From Barthelona sp. PAP020 (taxonomy: Eukaryota), in the NCBI GenBank assembly GCA_040182905.1, contig JARQWU010000017.1, forward strand, positions 56,574 to 76,573: DNA of 20,000 nucleotides. The letters run 5' to 3'. The notes under the pieces are model-generated. The model was given only the letters and a program-made list of their open reading frames with translations, was not told where the DNA came from and ran no database searches. A program made the position numbers and the translations under genes. Of the stretch, positions 18,232-20,000 are shown piece by piece; positions within the stretch are counted from its first letter, which is position 1, and every line of letters begins with the position of its first letter.

Positions 18232-19497
18232 ATGGACAATGATTTTGAACTTAAAACATCAATGACTGCACAAGAATTGAATGAACGAGTTGTGGAATGC
18301 AGGAATGGACATGATGAAATATTGAAAACCAAAGTTAAATTGATTGAAGCATCTAATGCGATCCAAAAACAGTATGAGTTATTCAATAAACAGCTTAAAG
18401 CACAAGAACGTCTTCAAAATACTTTGATTGAAGATTCAAGTGTTTATAAAAGACAAAAATGTGATGAATGTGAAGACAAATTAAATTATAGTTGTGAAGA
18501 ATTAAAAGAAAATAAAAAAACTTTAACAAATATAAAAAGAGAATTTTTTGGTAAAAGACCAACAGCTTTAACTTATCTTTTGGGTAATTACAATACAATT
18601 ATGTTGAATGAAGATGAGAAAACTGAGTTTAAAAGAGGGTATTTAACATTTAAAAAAAACAGTGCAATTTTCTTTTTGATATGGTGTCTGATCATTCTTA
18701 TTTTGATTAGATTTTCCAATTTATCGATGTCAATCCAAATTATTTTTGATATAATCTATTTGTTTATCAAAATTGTGTACTACTTAGGTATTTTCTTACA
18801 GGAATGTATTTTGAAACAAAATGGTCGTAAAATTAAGACATGGTGGTTTATTCATCATGGAGGAAGTGTAATTTATTTGATTTTGTTGTTTAGTATTTTT
18901 GAGACGCCATTTTATCCATCATTTCGAATTAACTTGTTTTTTTTCAATTTAATGTTATCTTTATTTCAGTTGATTTCTTATTATCGTTATAGTAAGAAAG
19001 AATATGTTAGAAGAGCGTTAGGACAAGATATTCCTCATAGAATGGCCAGTTTTGATTCTTCTGCAATACCCATAATAAACACTAGAAACAAAGGAGAATC
19101 GAGTTATCTTTATTCATTCATTGTCATTTTTGCCATAGCGTTACATTTGGAGATGTTGATTATTGGAATCACCTTAATCAATGAATGTGAATGGTTTTTA
19201 CATTTGATTGTTGGATTCATCATGTGTTTTTTAAGTTTGGGTAATTTCATCACTACTATTGTGTCAGTAGTGAGTCATTATCTATTAAATTCTAATGTTA
19301 AAAAACATTATATGGAAAAGACTGAAGCGGAAACTATTGATTTACGATTTGAAAGTATATATATTGAAGGAAATAAAAAGGTGATTGATACGAATATAGA
19401 TACAGCAAAAGAAGATGAAAATGCTCAAATTGATTCAAACATGGACGAAGTGGAAACCAGTGATGATGAAAAAGATGTGAACATTAAACAGATGTAA
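18232..19497 (+). CDS. TMEM120: TMEM120 (TMPIT/TACAN) family membrane protein
   Basis: N-terminal coiled coil, K.EFK..Y..FK, ECILKQNGRKIKTWWFIHH, Y.RRALG, six TM segments. ATG at 18232 preferred over 18154. Confidence 0.9.
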   Translation: MDNDFELKTSMTAQELNERVVECRNGHDEILKTKVKLIEASNAIQKQYELFNKQLKAQERLQNTLIEDSSVYKRQKCDECEDKLNYSCEELKENKKTLTNIKREFFGKRPTALTYLLGNYNTIMLNEDEKTEFKRGYLTFKKNSAIFFLIWCLIILILIRFSNLSMSIQIIFDIIYLFIKIVYYLGIFLQECILKQNGRKIKTWWFIHHGGSVIYLILLFSIFETPFYPSFRINLFFFNLMLSLFQLISYYRYSKKEYVRRALGQDIPHRMASFDSSAIPIINTRNKGESSYLYSFIVIFAIALHLEMLIIGITLINECEWFLHLIVGFIMCFLSLGNFITTIVSVVSHYLLNSNVKKHYMEKTEAETIDLRFESIYIEGNKKVIDTNIDTAKEDENAQIDSNMDEVETSDDEKDVNIKQM

Positions 19498-19852
19498 TTT
19501 CATTTGATTTGGAATTTTTAGCATAAATTGTGTTTTATTTTATTGCTCTTTTATTATAACAGCATGTGCAATCAAATTTATTTAAAATTGTAATGGTTTC
19601 ATAAATGGTTCACGGAAGTGTTTTTTTTTTCCAGTTTTTTATCTTTTTTGTTGATGATTCAATGGGTTTGTTGATTCAAACGATGAATTGGTGGTGAAAA
19701 TTTTGGATGTAATCCCTCTATAAATTTATAAAAGTCAATTGAGTGAGAGAATTTGTTCAAAAGGAATAACATCGCTTTTTAGCTTGGAAACAATAAGTAA
19801 TGTGGAAGTTCATGCTCAATGAACGGAATTTATTGGAGATATAAAGAGGTCA

Positions 19853-19999
19853 TCAAATATCACTCCCTTTATTTGTTGTTTCTTGACCATCTTTGGGTCC
19901 AATTATTTCCAAGCCAAGAAGCACTGTGCGTATGAGTGAATAAGAAAGAATAGTGTTTATTTGGTTAAAGGCTTTCGAGGCCCGATTGATCTGTTGAAA
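19853..19999 (-). CDS. Possible C-terminal end of a gene entering from the right edge
   Basis: Only minus-strand frame open from the edge for more than ~13 codons: FQQINRASKAFNQINTILSYSLIRTVLLGLEIIGPKDGQETTNKGSDI followed by TGA TGA. No homology recognised. Confidence 0.3.
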   Translation of the reverse strand, partial: FQQINRASKAFNQINTILSYSLIRTVLLGLEIIGPKDGQETTNKGSDI

Positions 20000-20000
20000 A

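Noticed and set aside
766..18598. Short overlapping or antisense ORFs in the track (e.g. 1250-1669, 4257-4634, 9776-10084, 12026-12661, 13815-14018)
   Set aside because: Shadow frames of well-supported genes, often with non-ATG starts and no recognisable motifs.
1..20000. Alternative genetic code (TAR=Gln), CRISPR array, transposon, tRNA/rRNA
   Set aside because: Conserved genes are fully open in the standard code and end in TAA/TGA. No spaced direct repeats, transposase, cloverleaf or rRNA motifs were seen.

Overview
AT-rich, very gene-dense eukaryotic (protist) genomic window using the standard code. It holds 13 complete genes plus a partial XRN2 at the left edge: XRN2, eIF5, a Nur1/Mug154-like membrane protein, Cwc24/RNF113A, an eIF4E-family protein, a shortened MKS1, RPB11 (with some AC19-like residues), CFAP61, exportin-1/CRM1, an ARM/HEAT-repeat protein, an orphan secreted protein, MED27, a Pkr1-like protein and TMEM120. 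CFAP61 and MKS1 imply a flagellate. No prokaryotic, CRISPR or transposon signatures were seen. Main observations: (1) two tiny introns (39 and 41 nt), both ending CTAAC-N6-AG with weak 5' splice sites; (2) a CRM1 naturally carrying the equivalents of human C528S and E571K; (3) inverted repeats starting right after the stop codon of most genes; (4) a multi-hairpin 406-nt spacer that may be an ncRNA; (5) head-to-head gene pairs sharing 51-89 bp A-tract/T-tract spacers. Protein assignments come from remembered family motifs, not database searches.
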